This document shows, piece by piece, positions 28,211-38,489 of a stretch of DNA of 64,000 nt. The DNA is from Pseudanabaena sp. M085S1SP2A07QC. Lineage in GTDB: Bacteria; Cyanobacteriota; Cyanobacteriia; Pseudanabaenales; Pseudanabaenaceae. Position 1 is the stretch's first letter. Each line of letters starts with the position of its first letter. The position numbers and the translations under genes were made by a program. The notes beneath the pieces are model-generated. The model did no database searches and was not told where the DNA came from. It was given only the letters and a program-made list of their open reading frames with translations. The stretch covers positions 109,506-173,505 of the forward strand of contig JADBWK010000004.1 in NCBI GenBank assembly GCA_020404895.1, in the 5' to 3' direction.

Positions 28211-29735
28211 ACTTGCCTCCGATCGCTTGACCTAGTTTATCGACTGTTAGAGTTTTCGCATCAATGAGCTGTGAGACCTTGCCGCCGCAAAATACGAGAA
28301 TGCGATCGCTATATTGCAAAATCTCATCGAGATCAGAAGATGTGAATAAAATCATCATTCCTTTTTCGCAACGAGCCATCATCTGTTTCCAAATCCATAG
28401 GGTGGATTCGATGTCTAATCCTCTGGTTGGCTGTTCCATTAATAGTAGATTTAAATGATCTGGCAAAAGTGATATTTGGGTGCGCTGCTGATTACCTCCC
28501 GATAATCTTTCAACCTTAGTAGAGGGTTTCCCACGAATATTAAAAGTCTCGATCGCCTCATGTGTAAACTTGCGCGTATCCCGCCAATTGATTAAAAAGC
28601 CTGAATGCGATTGGCGCAACATGAAATGCTCATGGATCGATAGACCGCGAATCAATCCATCCTGTAAGCGATCGGCTGGCAAATAGCCAATTCCTGCCTT
28701 CAGAAAATTACTATAGGCACGATTAGTCATATCCACATCACTAATGCGAATCTTGCCAGCGTTCGGCTTGAGTAACCCAGCACAGGCTAGCAATAGCAAT
28801 TGCTGTCCATTACCTTCCAAACCTGCAAGCCCGATCACCTCGCCCTCATTAACCGTTAATTTATCAATCTGTAAACTTAAGCGATCGCCTTCAATCTGCA
28901 AATCCTGAATTACTAGAGCAGGTTCCGTTTGCTGAATGTTAATCTCATGTTTTGCAGGTATAGCTATCTCTCTGCCAAACATCATATCCACTAAAGACGA
29001 TGCTAACTCATTAGATTCTCGACCTTTGACCTCAGATTCTCCAATTACTTGCCCCTGACGCATTACCATCAGGCGATCGCATAGCTCTTCTACATCTTCT
29101 AATTTATGCGAAACAAAAATAATCGATTTCCCGTCCGCAGCCAATTGCTTGACCGCCGTAAATAGAGCCGTTTTTTGGGAAGCAGAAATACCTGTAGTTG
29201 GCTCATCAAGGATTAAAGTCTTGACTCCAAGAGACAAAAGTCGCAGTATTTCTAACTGCTGACGCTCTCCTACAGTCAGATTAGCTAGGCGATCGTTAGG
29301 AGGTAAGTCAAAACCAAAAGTTGCGGATAGCTGCCGAAGTTCTCTAATTAAATCACTACGATTGTTGCTAGTTTTAGATCTTTTTTTGCCTATTTTTTTA
29401 CCTAAAGTACTTCTCCCAGCCATGAAATTATCAAGTACCGACAGAGAAGGAAAGTCTAAGGGATCTTGATGCAACATCCCAAGCCCTGCGCAGATTGCAT
29501 CCGCAGGAGTTTTAATGTCAACTTCTATTCCATCTAATACAATCTTGCCAGAGTCCTTAGTAATAAATCCACTCAGGACTTTGGATAAAGTGCTCTTCCC
29601 TGCACCATTTTCACCCAAGATGCCATAAACACTTCCAGCCTCAACCGTCATGGAAATATCATGGTTTGCCTTGACATTCCCAAAGGATTTATAAATATGG
29701 CTAAGTTCAACTTTCATGTTTATTCCATAAGGCAT
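28203..29735 (-). CDS. ABC transporter ATP-binding protein with duplicated ABC domains
   Basis: Walker A GENGAGKST, signature LTVGERQQLEI, Walker B LILDEPT. A second half carries LSGGNQQR and LLMEQPTRGLD. Confidence 0.92.
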   Translation of the reverse strand: MPYGINMKVELSHIYKSFGNVKANHDISMTVEAGSVYGILGENGAGKSTLSKVLSGFITKDSGKIVLDGIEVDIKTPADAICAGLGMLHQDPLDFPSLSVLDNFMAGRSTLGKKIGKKRSKTSNNRSDLIRELRQLSATFGFDLPPNDRLANLTVGERQQLEILRLLSLGVKTLILDEPTTGISASQKTALFTAVKQLAADGKSIIFVSHKLEDVEELCDRLMVMRQGQVIGESEVKGRESNELASSLVDMMFGREIAIPAKHEINIQQTEPALVIQDLQIEGDRLSLQIDKLTVNEGEVIGLAGLEGNGQQLLLLACAGLLKPNAGKIRISDVDMTNRAYSNFLKAGIGYLPADRLQDGLIRGLSIHEHFMLRQSHSGFLINWRDTRKFTHEAIETFNIRGKPSTKVERLSGGNQQRTQISLLPDHLNLLLMEQPTRGLDIESTLWIWKQMMARCEKGMMILFTSSDLDEILQYSDRILVFCGGKVSQLIDAKTLTVDKLGQAIGGKFA

Positions 29736-29752
29736 TTTCTCATTTAAAATTT

Positions 29753-29838
29753 ACCCCACCCTAGCCCTCCCCTTGCAAAGGGGAGGGAACAAGATTTCTA
29801 GTTTTCCCCCTTTGCAAGGGGGAATTAAAGGGGGTGAT
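29753..29838. repeat. C/G-tract twin-hairpin element (ccctccccttgcaaaggggaggg..ccccctttgcaaggggg)
   Basis: Sits between the binding-protein and ATPase genes of the operon. Confidence 0.75.
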
Positions 29839-29844
29839 TTACAT

Positions 29845-31128
29845 TTATTTACTAGCGCCCTCAATACCTTGTAGCAAGCTGGTAAAGTACCAAATCTGCT
29901 GTGGAGTTGCAGTTTCGCCTTCCTTCAGAAAAGGAGTCCCATCTTGATAGTTAAGAGGTCCTTTAAAAAGACTGATCTTGCCATCGCCCAAGCCAGTAAT
30001 AAATTCTGTCAGGAACTTGTCACTTTCTGGAGTCAGAGCCTTTCCTTTCTCAAATCCCACAGCTGAAGTGTCAGGATTATTCAAGTCTTTCCAATTTGGC
30101 GCTGCGGCAATAAATTCTCCTGTGAATTTACCTTCCTTAGCCTTTTTGACTTGATCGAGATATGCTGGGCCCCAGTTGTAATAGGGAACGCCAATACAAA
30201 TTTCTGGAGCAGCATTACAGCCAGTTTTGAGCCCGTAGTGTAGATATTTGACCTTCTTGCCAGCTTCAGCAGCTTTCTTTCCTTGCACTGCCACTTCAGG
30301 TGTATCAATACCGCTCATCACCACATCGAAGCCACTGTTGTAAAAATCATCAGAGACCTTAGTCGGGTCAAGGGTCTGTCCAGGAATATTGAACCAGAAG
30401 CCAATCCAAACCACCTTAAACTTCAAATCTTCGGGATTTTTTTTGCGATAGGTTTGCCAGCAATACTTAGCCCCCAAATAACTTGCTGATACTAGTCTGC
30501 GGGTTTCATCATTGATTAATGGTCCCACAAAACCGATTTTGCCTGTCTCTGAGTTGAGAGCCGCTGCGCATCCAGAGATCATTCGACCATACTCAATTTG
30601 AGGCATGACGTTGCTAATGTTTTTCTGGTTTTTGAAATTTTTGCCTTCTTTCCAAGCATAGTCACCGCTTGCATGAATTATGGACACATTAGGATGCTTT
30701 TTCGCGGTTTCTAGGGCATCATCTTTAAAATCGTCAGAATTGAAAACTACTAGCTTTGCGCCCTTAGCAATAAGATCGTCAGCAACCTGAGAAGCCTTGA
30801 CATTTGGGCGATCGCCTGGATTGACTTTGTCTACATAGTCAAACTGGATGCCAGATTGCTTTTCCATTACATATTTTGAGGCTTCGTAATGACCTTGGTT
30901 CCAACCAGAATCATTTTTCGGCCCAACTAAAATCATCGCTGCTTTAAATTCTTTCGCATCGGTCGCAGTTGTAGTTGCCGCAGTAGTTGCTGTAGTTGGT
31001 GCAGTGGTTGAAGTTGTAGGAGCTGTGGAAGTACTGTTACAAGCTCCAGCAAATATTCCCACTAGCATGGCAGCCCATAAGTGCTTGAAAGAAACTATAG
31101 AAGAAATCTTATTAGTGAGTATTCCCAT
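29845..31128 (-). CDS. BMP-family (PnrA/Med-like) ABC substrate-binding lipoprotein
   Basis: Lipobox FAGAC and a Thr/Ala-rich linker. The BMP-like core has MILVGPKNDSGWNQ and IGFVGP. Confidence 0.85.
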   Translation of the reverse strand: MGILTNKISSIVSFKHLWAAMLVGIFAGACNSTSTAPTTSTTAPTTATTAATTTATDAKEFKAAMILVGPKNDSGWNQGHYEASKYVMEKQSGIQFDYVDKVNPGDRPNVKASQVADDLIAKGAKLVVFNSDDFKDDALETAKKHPNVSIIHASGDYAWKEGKNFKNQKNISNVMPQIEYGRMISGCAAALNSETGKIGFVGPLINDETRRLVSASYLGAKYCWQTYRKKNPEDLKFKVVWIGFWFNIPGQTLDPTKVSDDFYNSGFDVVMSGIDTPEVAVQGKKAAEAGKKVKYLHYGLKTGCNAAPEICIGVPYYNWGPAYLDQVKKAKEGKFTGEFIAAAPNWKDLNNPDTSAVGFEKGKALTPESDKFLTEFITGLGDGKISLFKGPLNYQDGTPFLKEGETATPQQIWYFTSLLQGIEGASK

Positions 31129-31366
31129 AAATTAATGCGATTATTTAGATGTTTTATACCTTTTTACTATTTTATTTAAGGCGATCGCACATGAGACAAA
31201 GGTATTGCTAATTACAGTTTTTGCAAAGCTTTACACTAAGCCCAGAAAAAAGAAATTTGTTAAAAGTGGTGCTTTGCTTCACTTTTAACAAATTTCTTAT
31301 GATTATCTTGCTCACGGATTTATGTAAGTAATAACATATGCTAATTATTATCTCTTGTTTAGGTAT

Positions 31367-32059
31367 ATGCGTTTTCCAATTCTCTATTCTTTCAGGCGTT
31401 GTCCCTATGCAATTCGTGCAAGAATGACTCTTGCTTATGCTGGCATTAGCTATGAACTTAGAGAAGTTTCTTTAAAAAATAAACCCCAAGAGATGCTCGA
31501 TATTTCGCCAAAGGGAACAACGCCAGTAATGCAGTTTTTTACTGGACAAGATCTTATAGAGCAAGATTTTCTTGTTTTAGAAGAAAGTCTCGATATTATG
31601 AATTGGGCGCTAGAGCAGCACGATCCGCTCAATTGGAAAAACTTGCCAGAACAGTCTTTAGTGATCGCACAGCAGCTTATCGATACAAATGATCGCGAGT
31701 TTAAACATGCACTCGATCACTATAAGTACCCAAACCGATTCCCCGAAAAATCGCAGAAAGACTATCGCCTACAAGCAGAAGAATTTCTCCAAGTTTTAGA
31801 ACTTCAACTTCAGTCGCGATCGCGAACTAGTGAAGCTCATGTTTTTTTGGTTAGCGATCGTCAAACCCTCGCTGATATTGCAATTTTTCCTTTTGTAAGA
31901 CAGCTTGCCTATGTAGATATAGATTGGTTTCTATCGAGTTCTTATGAGCGCTTGCAACAATGGTTAAAGTGGCATGAAACTAGCGAAATGTTTGAGTTTG
32001 TCATGCAAAAGTTTCCTATATGGACATCAGAGCAAGAAGTGATCGTAATTACTCCTTAA
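31367..32059 (+). CDS. Glutathione S-transferase-family protein (thioredoxin-like N-domain)
   Basis: ILYSFRRCPYAIRARMTL..SPKGTTPV is a GST_N-type motif. ATG at 31367 is preferred over the TTG track start at 31355. Confidence 0.7.
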   Translation: MRFPILYSFRRCPYAIRARMTLAYAGISYELREVSLKNKPQEMLDISPKGTTPVMQFFTGQDLIEQDFLVLEESLDIMNWALEQHDPLNWKNLPEQSLVIAQQLIDTNDREFKHALDHYKYPNRFPEKSQKDYRLQAEEFLQVLELQLQSRSRTSEAHVFLVSDRQTLADIAIFPFVRQLAYVDIDWFLSSSYERLQQWLKWHETSEMFEFVMQKFPIWTSEQEVIVITP

Positions 32060-32110
32060 AACCAAAAATTGTTTGGGTGGGCTTCGCCCACCCAAACAAT
32101 TTTTGGTTTT
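32058..32110. repeat. 53-nt perfect palindrome (aaaaccaaaaattgtttgggtgggcttcgcccacccaaacaatttttggtttt)
   Basis: Near-identical to the core at 41414-41466. Confidence 0.85.
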
Positions 32111-32188
32111 AATAATGCGATAAAATAGTACAGGATTATGACAATGCTTTGTGTTGCCATTCTCCTAATAATGAATATGGAGCTTTTT

Positions 32189-33748
32189 ATGAAACCCCTT
32201 GCGCTTTTGAGTGTCTCTGACAAAACAGGACTACTCGACCTTGCCCGCGAACTATCGACCACCTATAACTTTCAACTAATTAGTAGTGGTGGAACTGCCA
32301 AGGCACTCAAAGCGGCTGAGCTTGAAGTTACTAAGGTTTCCGACTATACTGGAGCACCTGAGATTTTAGGTGGACGAGTGAAAACCCTGCATCCGCGAAT
32401 TCATGGTGGGATTCTCGCAAGACTCGAACTACCTGAACATCAGCAAGACCTATCTGACAATGAGATTCAACCAATTCGGATTGTGGTGGTTAACCTCTAT
32501 CCATTTACGGAAACGATCGCAAAGCCCAATGTCACCCTCGAAGATGCGATCGAGAATATCGATATTGGGGGCCCAACTTTGATTCGCGCCTCGGCAAAGA
32601 ATTATAATCATGTTGCCGTATTGTCCAGTCCTAGCCAATATCCAGAATTTCTGGATGAGCTAAAAGCAAATAATGGGGAAACGACCTTAGAATTTCGCAA
32701 AAAACTAGCGATCGCGGCTTTTCAACATACACAGTCTTACGACAAAGCGATCGCTGAGTATTTAGAAAAGGAACAGAAAGTTGCACAAGGTTTGCCCAAT
32801 ACCCTCTCTTCTTCCTATACTTTGCTGTGCAATAATCCTAAACCTTTACGTTATGGCGAAAATCCCCATCAACCCGCCACATGGTATCAAGTTGGTGCAA
32901 CGCCCAAAGGTTGGTCTGCTGCCCAACAATTGCAAGGCAAAGAACTCAGTTTCAATAACTTGCTCGATCTAGAATCAGCACGGAGCATTATCGCTGAATT
33001 TAGTGACGATCTCCCCTGTGCGGTAATCATTAAGCACAACAACCCTTGTGGAGTTGCGATCTCACCAACTATTGCCGAAGCTTATCAAAAGGCTTTTGAA
33101 GCAGATTCCACTTCTGCTTTTGGGGGGATTGTCGCCCTCAATCGTCCGATTGACGAAGAAACAGCGCTGCTTTTAAATAAAACATTTTTAGAATGTGTCG
33201 TTGCGACCGCCTGTGTGCCCAGTGTGGCAACAATTTTGGGCAAAAAGCAAAACTTGCGGGTGCTAGTTCTATCTGATCTTAATCATGGTTCCCATGAGAC
33301 AGTGAAGACGATCTCTGGAGGGATGCTAGTCCAGAAGTCTGATGATGAAGCAGTTAATCCTGATATATGGAAAGTTGTGACTGAAAAGCAGCCAACCCCA
33401 GAACAGTTGCAGGAGTTGATTTTTGCTTGGAAAATTAGTCGCCATGTCAAGTCTAATGCGATCGCTATTACTAAAAACTGCACCACGATTGGCATTGGTG
33501 CTGGTCAAATGAATCGAGTTGGCTCAATCAAAATTGCGCTTGATCAAGCAGGCGAGAAGGTGAAAGGAGCATTTCTAGCTAGTGATGGCTTTTTTCCGTT
33601 TGATGACTCTGTGCGAACAGCGGCAGCCGCGGGAATTATTGCGATCGTGCAACCAGGCGGAAGTATGCGCGATGCCGATTCGATCAAGGCAGCTGACGAG
33701 CTTAGTCTAATTATGGTATTTACAGGCGTTCGGCATTTCTTACATTAA
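32189..33748 (+). CDS. purH: Bifunctional AICAR transformylase / IMP cyclohydrolase PurH
   Basis: MKPLALLSVSDKTGL, GGRVKTLHP, NLYPF, GGPTLIRASAKN, C-terminal QPGGSMRD. The ATG at 32189 removes a spurious 17-aa leader. Confidence 0.96.
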   Translation: MKPLALLSVSDKTGLLDLARELSTTYNFQLISSGGTAKALKAAELEVTKVSDYTGAPEILGGRVKTLHPRIHGGILARLELPEHQQDLSDNEIQPIRIVVVNLYPFTETIAKPNVTLEDAIENIDIGGPTLIRASAKNYNHVAVLSSPSQYPEFLDELKANNGETTLEFRKKLAIAAFQHTQSYDKAIAEYLEKEQKVAQGLPNTLSSSYTLLCNNPKPLRYGENPHQPATWYQVGATPKGWSAAQQLQGKELSFNNLLDLESARSIIAEFSDDLPCAVIIKHNNPCGVAISPTIAEAYQKAFEADSTSAFGGIVALNRPIDEETALLLNKTFLECVVATACVPSVATILGKKQNLRVLVLSDLNHGSHETVKTISGGMLVQKSDDEAVNPDIWKVVTEKQPTPEQLQELIFAWKISRHVKSNAIAITKNCTTIGIGAGQMNRVGSIKIALDQAGEKVKGAFLASDGFFPFDDSVRTAAAAGIIAIVQPGGSMRDADSIKAADELSLIMVFTGVRHFLH

Positions 33749-33809
33749 ACAAAAAGCAGGGGCAATTCATGAATTGCCCCTGCTTTTATAACGACAGAGA
33801 ATCCTATTT

Positions 33810-36791
33810 CTATTGGTCAGCAATTAACAAAAAGCGAATATGCTCCATACCTTGCTCAGCACGAAGAGATTGCACTTGATCCGCTAGCTTGGTACTAGCA
33901 ATGATTACATCTGGCTGAGAAGCAATCACATTAGTTCGCAAATCGTCTTGATTACTGATTTTAGATGGTAAGAAGCCTTGGTTTTGCAGCATTTCCATCA
34001 ATAGATCGATAGAACCAAAATTGTCATCCACTACCAAAATCTTTTTGCCAGTAGAAGCCTTACTAGATAGAAGAATATCAACTTCTCGCAACAATAGCAC
34101 CATATCTAGAGGTTTAGTCACATAACTATCTATACCTAGATGGCGACCTTTAGCTTTGTCATCTAATACTGAGACAATAATAATGGGAATATCCAAAGTC
34201 GCAGGATCGGATTTGAGAATCGCTGCTACATCATAGCCACTAATACCATCCATAACAATATCAAGGGTGATTAGATCGGGACGACTTTCACGAACTTTGA
34301 CAATCGCTTCTTGTCCATTTCCAGCTTCGCGAACAGTATATCCTTTAGCTTCCAACTCTTGTCTCAGCAGGTTGCGAATACTCGCATCATCGTCAATGAC
34401 TAAAATGTTCTTGGGGTCACCTATAACATTCTGACCGTCTGATTGCGTTTGGCTTTGCGAAACCGATCTTTTCTTGAGCTGCTCAATCAAAATGTCAAAA
34501 TTAATTGCAGGAATCTCATTTTCTGGATTGATTGGAAGTGTGAAAGAGAATGTACTACCCTTACCAATTTCACTCTCCACCCAAATCTTCCCACCATGAT
34601 AAGCAATGATTTCTTTGGAAATTGGTAGTCCTAGCCCTGTGCCTTGTGGTTTATCGGTCAGAGTATCCCCAACCTGCTTGAACTTCTCAAACACTTTAGG
34701 CTGATCCGATTCAGAAATTCCTATTCCTTGATCGATGACACTGACCATAATTGATTGATCATCTTGCTTAGCCCGACAAGTGACACTTCCCTGATCCGAA
34801 AACTTCACCGCGTTGGAAATCAAATTGATTACAACTTGAATCAAGCGATCTTTATCGCCAAGGATATCGGGTAGATCGGCTTCAATATCTCTTACTGGAA
34901 TTAATCTTTTTTGTTCAAAGAGAGCTGAAGTTGCCGAAAATGCACGATCAATCACTTCATTAATTGTTAATGGCTTCATATTCCATTGCATTTTACCAGC
35001 TTCTATTTTGGCAACATCTAAGACTTCGTTAATTAGTTTGGTGAGTCGTGTCCCCTCAGATACGATGATCTCAATATTTTCAGTAACTTGACGGACACTT
35101 CGATTGACTTTTTTGTCGTCGGTCTGAATAAGTGGAAATATTGATTCATCTAGCTTTTTTTGAATCAATTTCGCAAAACCTAACACAGATGTAAGCGGCG
35201 TTCTTAATTCATGGGATACAGTTGAGATGAAGTCCGTCTTCATCCGATCTACTTCTTTCTCGGCAGTAATATCACGAATTAGAATTACAGTACCTAAATA
35301 ATTTGTTTTTAATAGAGATTCTTCTGAAATATTTACTTCTCCAAAGATTGAAGTTGCAACTGCTTTTCCAATACGGCGAACGGGTAGGGCAAACTCTTCA
35401 CTAAAAACTTGTTTTGGATTCTCTCTGGTATTTGTAACAAGATTAGCGATTTCCTCAGATTTAAATATTTCTCTATAACTCTTCGCATTAGCAATCACTT
35501 TACTGCTAATGCCAATCATACCTGCTAGCGCTGGATTAAATTGGGTGATCTGATCCTCGTTATTAACTACCACCAAGCCATCAACCATGTTGTCAATAAT
35601 TGCCTTGATCTCACTGGTGCGCTGTTCGACTTTCTGCTCCAGAGTACGACTGTAATCAGCTAACTGTTCTCCTGAAGCTTTAAGTTGCGATGTCATTTGA
35701 TTAAACGCGATCGCCAAAATCCCAATTTCATCATCTGTTAATACAGGTGCTTGCGAATCGAGGTTACCACTAGCAACTTGGTTGGCTGCATCGGCAATCG
35801 CCAAAATTGGCTGAGAAATCCGTCTGGCAATCAGGTATACAGCCGTTAACAAAATGCCTGCGGAGCTTAATCCGATCAGTAAAATATCGCGAGCGAGGCG
35901 ATCAGCGGGCTCAAAAGCTTCTGCCTGAGATATTTCTGCAAGTAACGCCAGATTGAGGTTGTCAATCCAAATGTAACTTCCTAATACAGGTATAATTTTA
36001 TAGTTTTTATATAAACCCTCCCCATCTTTTCCTAAAGCCGCCGCAGAAATACCATCACTTTTAATATCTTTGGCGAGATCCTGTTTATCGCCTTCCGCTC
36101 CTGAAATTAGGATATTCTTAGTTGCTAGTCTTCCCACCAGATAGGTCTCGCCGCTATTACCTAGTCCTGTGCGTTCACGAATGATGTCATCCACCCCTTG
36201 GAGATCTAGATCAACCGCTATCACGCCAATGCGATCGCCCGCTTTATTAGTTAGAGGAGCCGCAAAAGTCATTGCGGCTTTGCCAGTGATAGGTGAGATA
36301 TAGAAGTTTGGCACAATGATCCGAGATTGGTCGCGCGTAAAATAAGTAGTGGTATTTCCGAGCGGTTGGTATTTGCCTTCTTTTTGCTTATCTGTGGAAA
36401 CAATTGTAATCCCGTTATTGGTTAGGATCGAAATCTGTCGAATGTTTGGTTTGACTGTGGATATATTCGCCATGAACCTTTGCAGAGAGTCAACAGCCGA
36501 CTTAAATTCTGGAGATTCTTTCTCTTTTGTAAAAGCTATTTCAGAATTGACGATCAAATCTGGCAACTGCGTCATCAAAATTACATCGCGGCGTTGATTA
36601 TCAACCCATTGATTAACCTGCGCTTCTTTGAGCGATGTGGCAACTGCTAATCGGTCAATCACTGATTTTCTAAGAGCATCACGACTGCGAGTATTAGCAC
36701 TTACAGCGACTACTAAAACCGTGACAATCGACAGAACCGAAAAATATGCCACAAGTTGCAGCAGCAGGCGTTTCTTAAATAGGTTGATCAT
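33810..36791 (-). CDS. Hybrid sensor histidine kinase (TM-Cache-like periplasmic domain-TM-HAMP-PAS-HisKA-HATPase_c-REC-REC)
   Basis: HAMP (AFNQMTSQL), H-box SHELRTPLTS, N-box LISNAVKFS, G-box GTGLGLPISK, and two C-terminal receivers. Confidence 0.92.
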   Translation of the reverse strand: MINLFKKRLLLQLVAYFSVLSIVTVLVVAVSANTRSRDALRKSVIDRLAVATSLKEAQVNQWVDNQRRDVILMTQLPDLIVNSEIAFTKEKESPEFKSAVDSLQRFMANISTVKPNIRQISILTNNGITIVSTDKQKEGKYQPLGNTTTYFTRDQSRIIVPNFYISPITGKAAMTFAAPLTNKAGDRIGVIAVDLDLQGVDDIIRERTGLGNSGETYLVGRLATKNILISGAEGDKQDLAKDIKSDGISAAALGKDGEGLYKNYKIIPVLGSYIWIDNLNLALLAEISQAEAFEPADRLARDILLIGLSSAGILLTAVYLIARRISQPILAIADAANQVASGNLDSQAPVLTDDEIGILAIAFNQMTSQLKASGEQLADYSRTLEQKVEQRTSEIKAIIDNMVDGLVVVNNEDQITQFNPALAGMIGISSKVIANAKSYREIFKSEEIANLVTNTRENPKQVFSEEFALPVRRIGKAVATSIFGEVNISEESLLKTNYLGTVILIRDITAEKEVDRMKTDFISTVSHELRTPLTSVLGFAKLIQKKLDESIFPLIQTDDKKVNRSVRQVTENIEIIVSEGTRLTKLINEVLDVAKIEAGKMQWNMKPLTINEVIDRAFSATSALFEQKRLIPVRDIEADLPDILGDKDRLIQVVINLISNAVKFSDQGSVTCRAKQDDQSIMVSVIDQGIGISESDQPKVFEKFKQVGDTLTDKPQGTGLGLPISKEIIAYHGGKIWVESEIGKGSTFSFTLPINPENEIPAINFDILIEQLKKRSVSQSQTQSDGQNVIGDPKNILVIDDDASIRNLLRQELEAKGYTVREAGNGQEAIVKVRESRPDLITLDIVMDGISGYDVAAILKSDPATLDIPIIIVSVLDDKAKGRHLGIDSYVTKPLDMVLLLREVDILLSSKASTGKKILVVDDNFGSIDLLMEMLQNQGFLPSKISNQDDLRTNVIASQPDVIIASTKLADQVQSLRAEQGMEHIRFLLIADQ

Positions 36792-36807
36792 CTTCTATAC
36801 TCACTTA

Positions 36808-36961
36808 GAACCCATTTAAGAATTATATGATACTTGGAATTTCGTTTAAAGCTCTAGGTGTCTAGCCCCCTAAATACCCCAATTCTGGGGGACTTAAATA
36901 TGGTTCCCCCCCAGAATTGGGGGGCTAGGGGGGGGCTAAACTACAATTCTTAAATGGGTTC
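36808..36961. mobile_element. 154-bp palindromic MITE-like element with perfect 17-bp TIRs (GAACCCATTTAAGAATT)
   Basis: TIRs at 36808-36824 and 36945-36961. Nested internal palindromes: ctagcccc/ggggctag and ccccaattctggggg/cccccagaattgggg. Confidence 0.8.
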
Positions 36962-36995
36962 TTAACTAACAATAGTTGCCTATCATACTTTTCAA

Positions 36996-38405
36996 TTATT
37001 TCCACTCAGTGAAAATAGCTTTAATTTGGGCGATCGCAGTATCAGATGCTTGTTCAGGTGAATTTTTACCTGAAGCCACGGACTTGATCGCTTGTCCCCA
37101 TACTTTTTTAGCACCCACTTCTGAATAAGCTGGATTCTGTGCTGTATAAAAAGAACTAGTATTCTGAAATTGCTTAGTTGCTGCCAAAATATGTGGGTCT
37201 TTGGAATCCTTATAATAGGGATCTTCTAATAATTTTGGCATAGTCGGGAAATACCTTCCTCCTGCTCCTTTCAAATAGGTAAGTAAATTATCAGGTTGAA
37301 TAATGTGGGACAACAGACTTTTAGCAAGAGATTGCCTTGCTTGTTCCTTCGCAACATCCTCCTTAGTTTCTTTAACATTAGGGGCAGCAAATATAATCGC
37401 CTGTTTTACTGCTACTAAATGGCTAAGAGTCTTACCGTCTGGAGAAACGGGCCATTCTGTAGTCACTAATTTTTTGTTGTAAACCTCTTGATCAAACTGC
37501 TGGGATGCGGGAATAGACAATCCTGGATTTGCTGTCATGAATGAGTTGCGGCTAAGAAATACCTGATTATTATCAGCATCTGTCCATTGCAAAGCATTAG
37601 GAGGTACGTGCTTACTCTGATAGAAACCCGCATATTTTTTCAATGCTGCGATAATACCTTGACGATTTTGGGGATTCTCAACTTTTAGTTGCCCATTCTC
37701 ATCTAATAGCTGGACTCCATAAGCCGTGAGGAATTGCTCAAACATGAAGATCACATCTGTAGCTTCTGTAGACATGGGCAAGCCGATCCCATAGATGTCT
37801 TTTTTGCCTTTATTTGAGGCTCGGTCTTGAGCCGTTTCCCAAAATGCCCAAAATCCATGCCAATCCTTAGGAATATTGGTATCATTCAGCCCTACATCTA
37901 TCAGCATATCCCGCCAATAATGCAAACCAGCAGCTAGTTGAGCGATTGGTACGGCATAGTAAGCAGGATTAGGATTTTGACTATTTTTATAGGCGACGGC
38001 TTTAAGGGCGATCGGACTAAATAAATTTTTAACAGGTTCTACAACATCCGAAACATTTACTAATTTATTTTGCCATGCTAATTTCGGATAGAGGGCAAAC
38101 TCAGCGGTATTACTAAATAAGATATCGGGAGGATTACCATTATTAAGCGCATTTTCAGCATCACGATTCACCGATCCATCATTATAGAAAGTGATTTCCA
38201 CTTTCGTATTATTCTTTTTTTCCCACTCGGCAACAATTTGTGAAAGTGCCTCTGTTTCCGCAGGATAAAAGCTTTGAATCCACCAAACTCTAAACTTGGA
38301 ACTTTTTTCGGGAGCCCGATAATTTAAGACGGCAGAATCACTACAGGCAGCTAAACCCAAGCCTGCTAAAGATAGAGATAACTGATTAAACTGACGACGA
38401 CGCAT
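36996..38405 (-). CDS. ABC transporter substrate-binding protein (family 1, sugar-type), orphan
   Basis: Signal/lipobox RRRQFNQLSLSLAGLGLAAC. Size and composition fit a carbohydrate-type SBP. No permease or ATPase genes are adjacent. Confidence 0.75.
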   Translation of the reverse strand: MRRRQFNQLSLSLAGLGLAACSDSAVLNYRAPEKSSKFRVWWIQSFYPAETEALSQIVAEWEKKNNTKVEITFYNDGSVNRDAENALNNGNPPDILFSNTAEFALYPKLAWQNKLVNVSDVVEPVKNLFSPIALKAVAYKNSQNPNPAYYAVPIAQLAAGLHYWRDMLIDVGLNDTNIPKDWHGFWAFWETAQDRASNKGKKDIYGIGLPMSTEATDVIFMFEQFLTAYGVQLLDENGQLKVENPQNRQGIIAALKKYAGFYQSKHVPPNALQWTDADNNQVFLSRNSFMTANPGLSIPASQQFDQEVYNKKLVTTEWPVSPDGKTLSHLVAVKQAIIFAAPNVKETKEDVAKEQARQSLAKSLLSHIIQPDNLLTYLKGAGGRYFPTMPKLLEDPYYKDSKDPHILAATKQFQNTSSFYTAQNPAYSEVGAKKVWGQAIKSVASGKNSPEQASDTAIAQIKAIFTEWK

Positions 38406-38489
38406 AGATTTTTAAAATTAAAAAATAAAGCAGAACTGGAAACTTCAGGAGACAAGGTGTACCACGCTTGGCGATGTACACCCTGTCTC

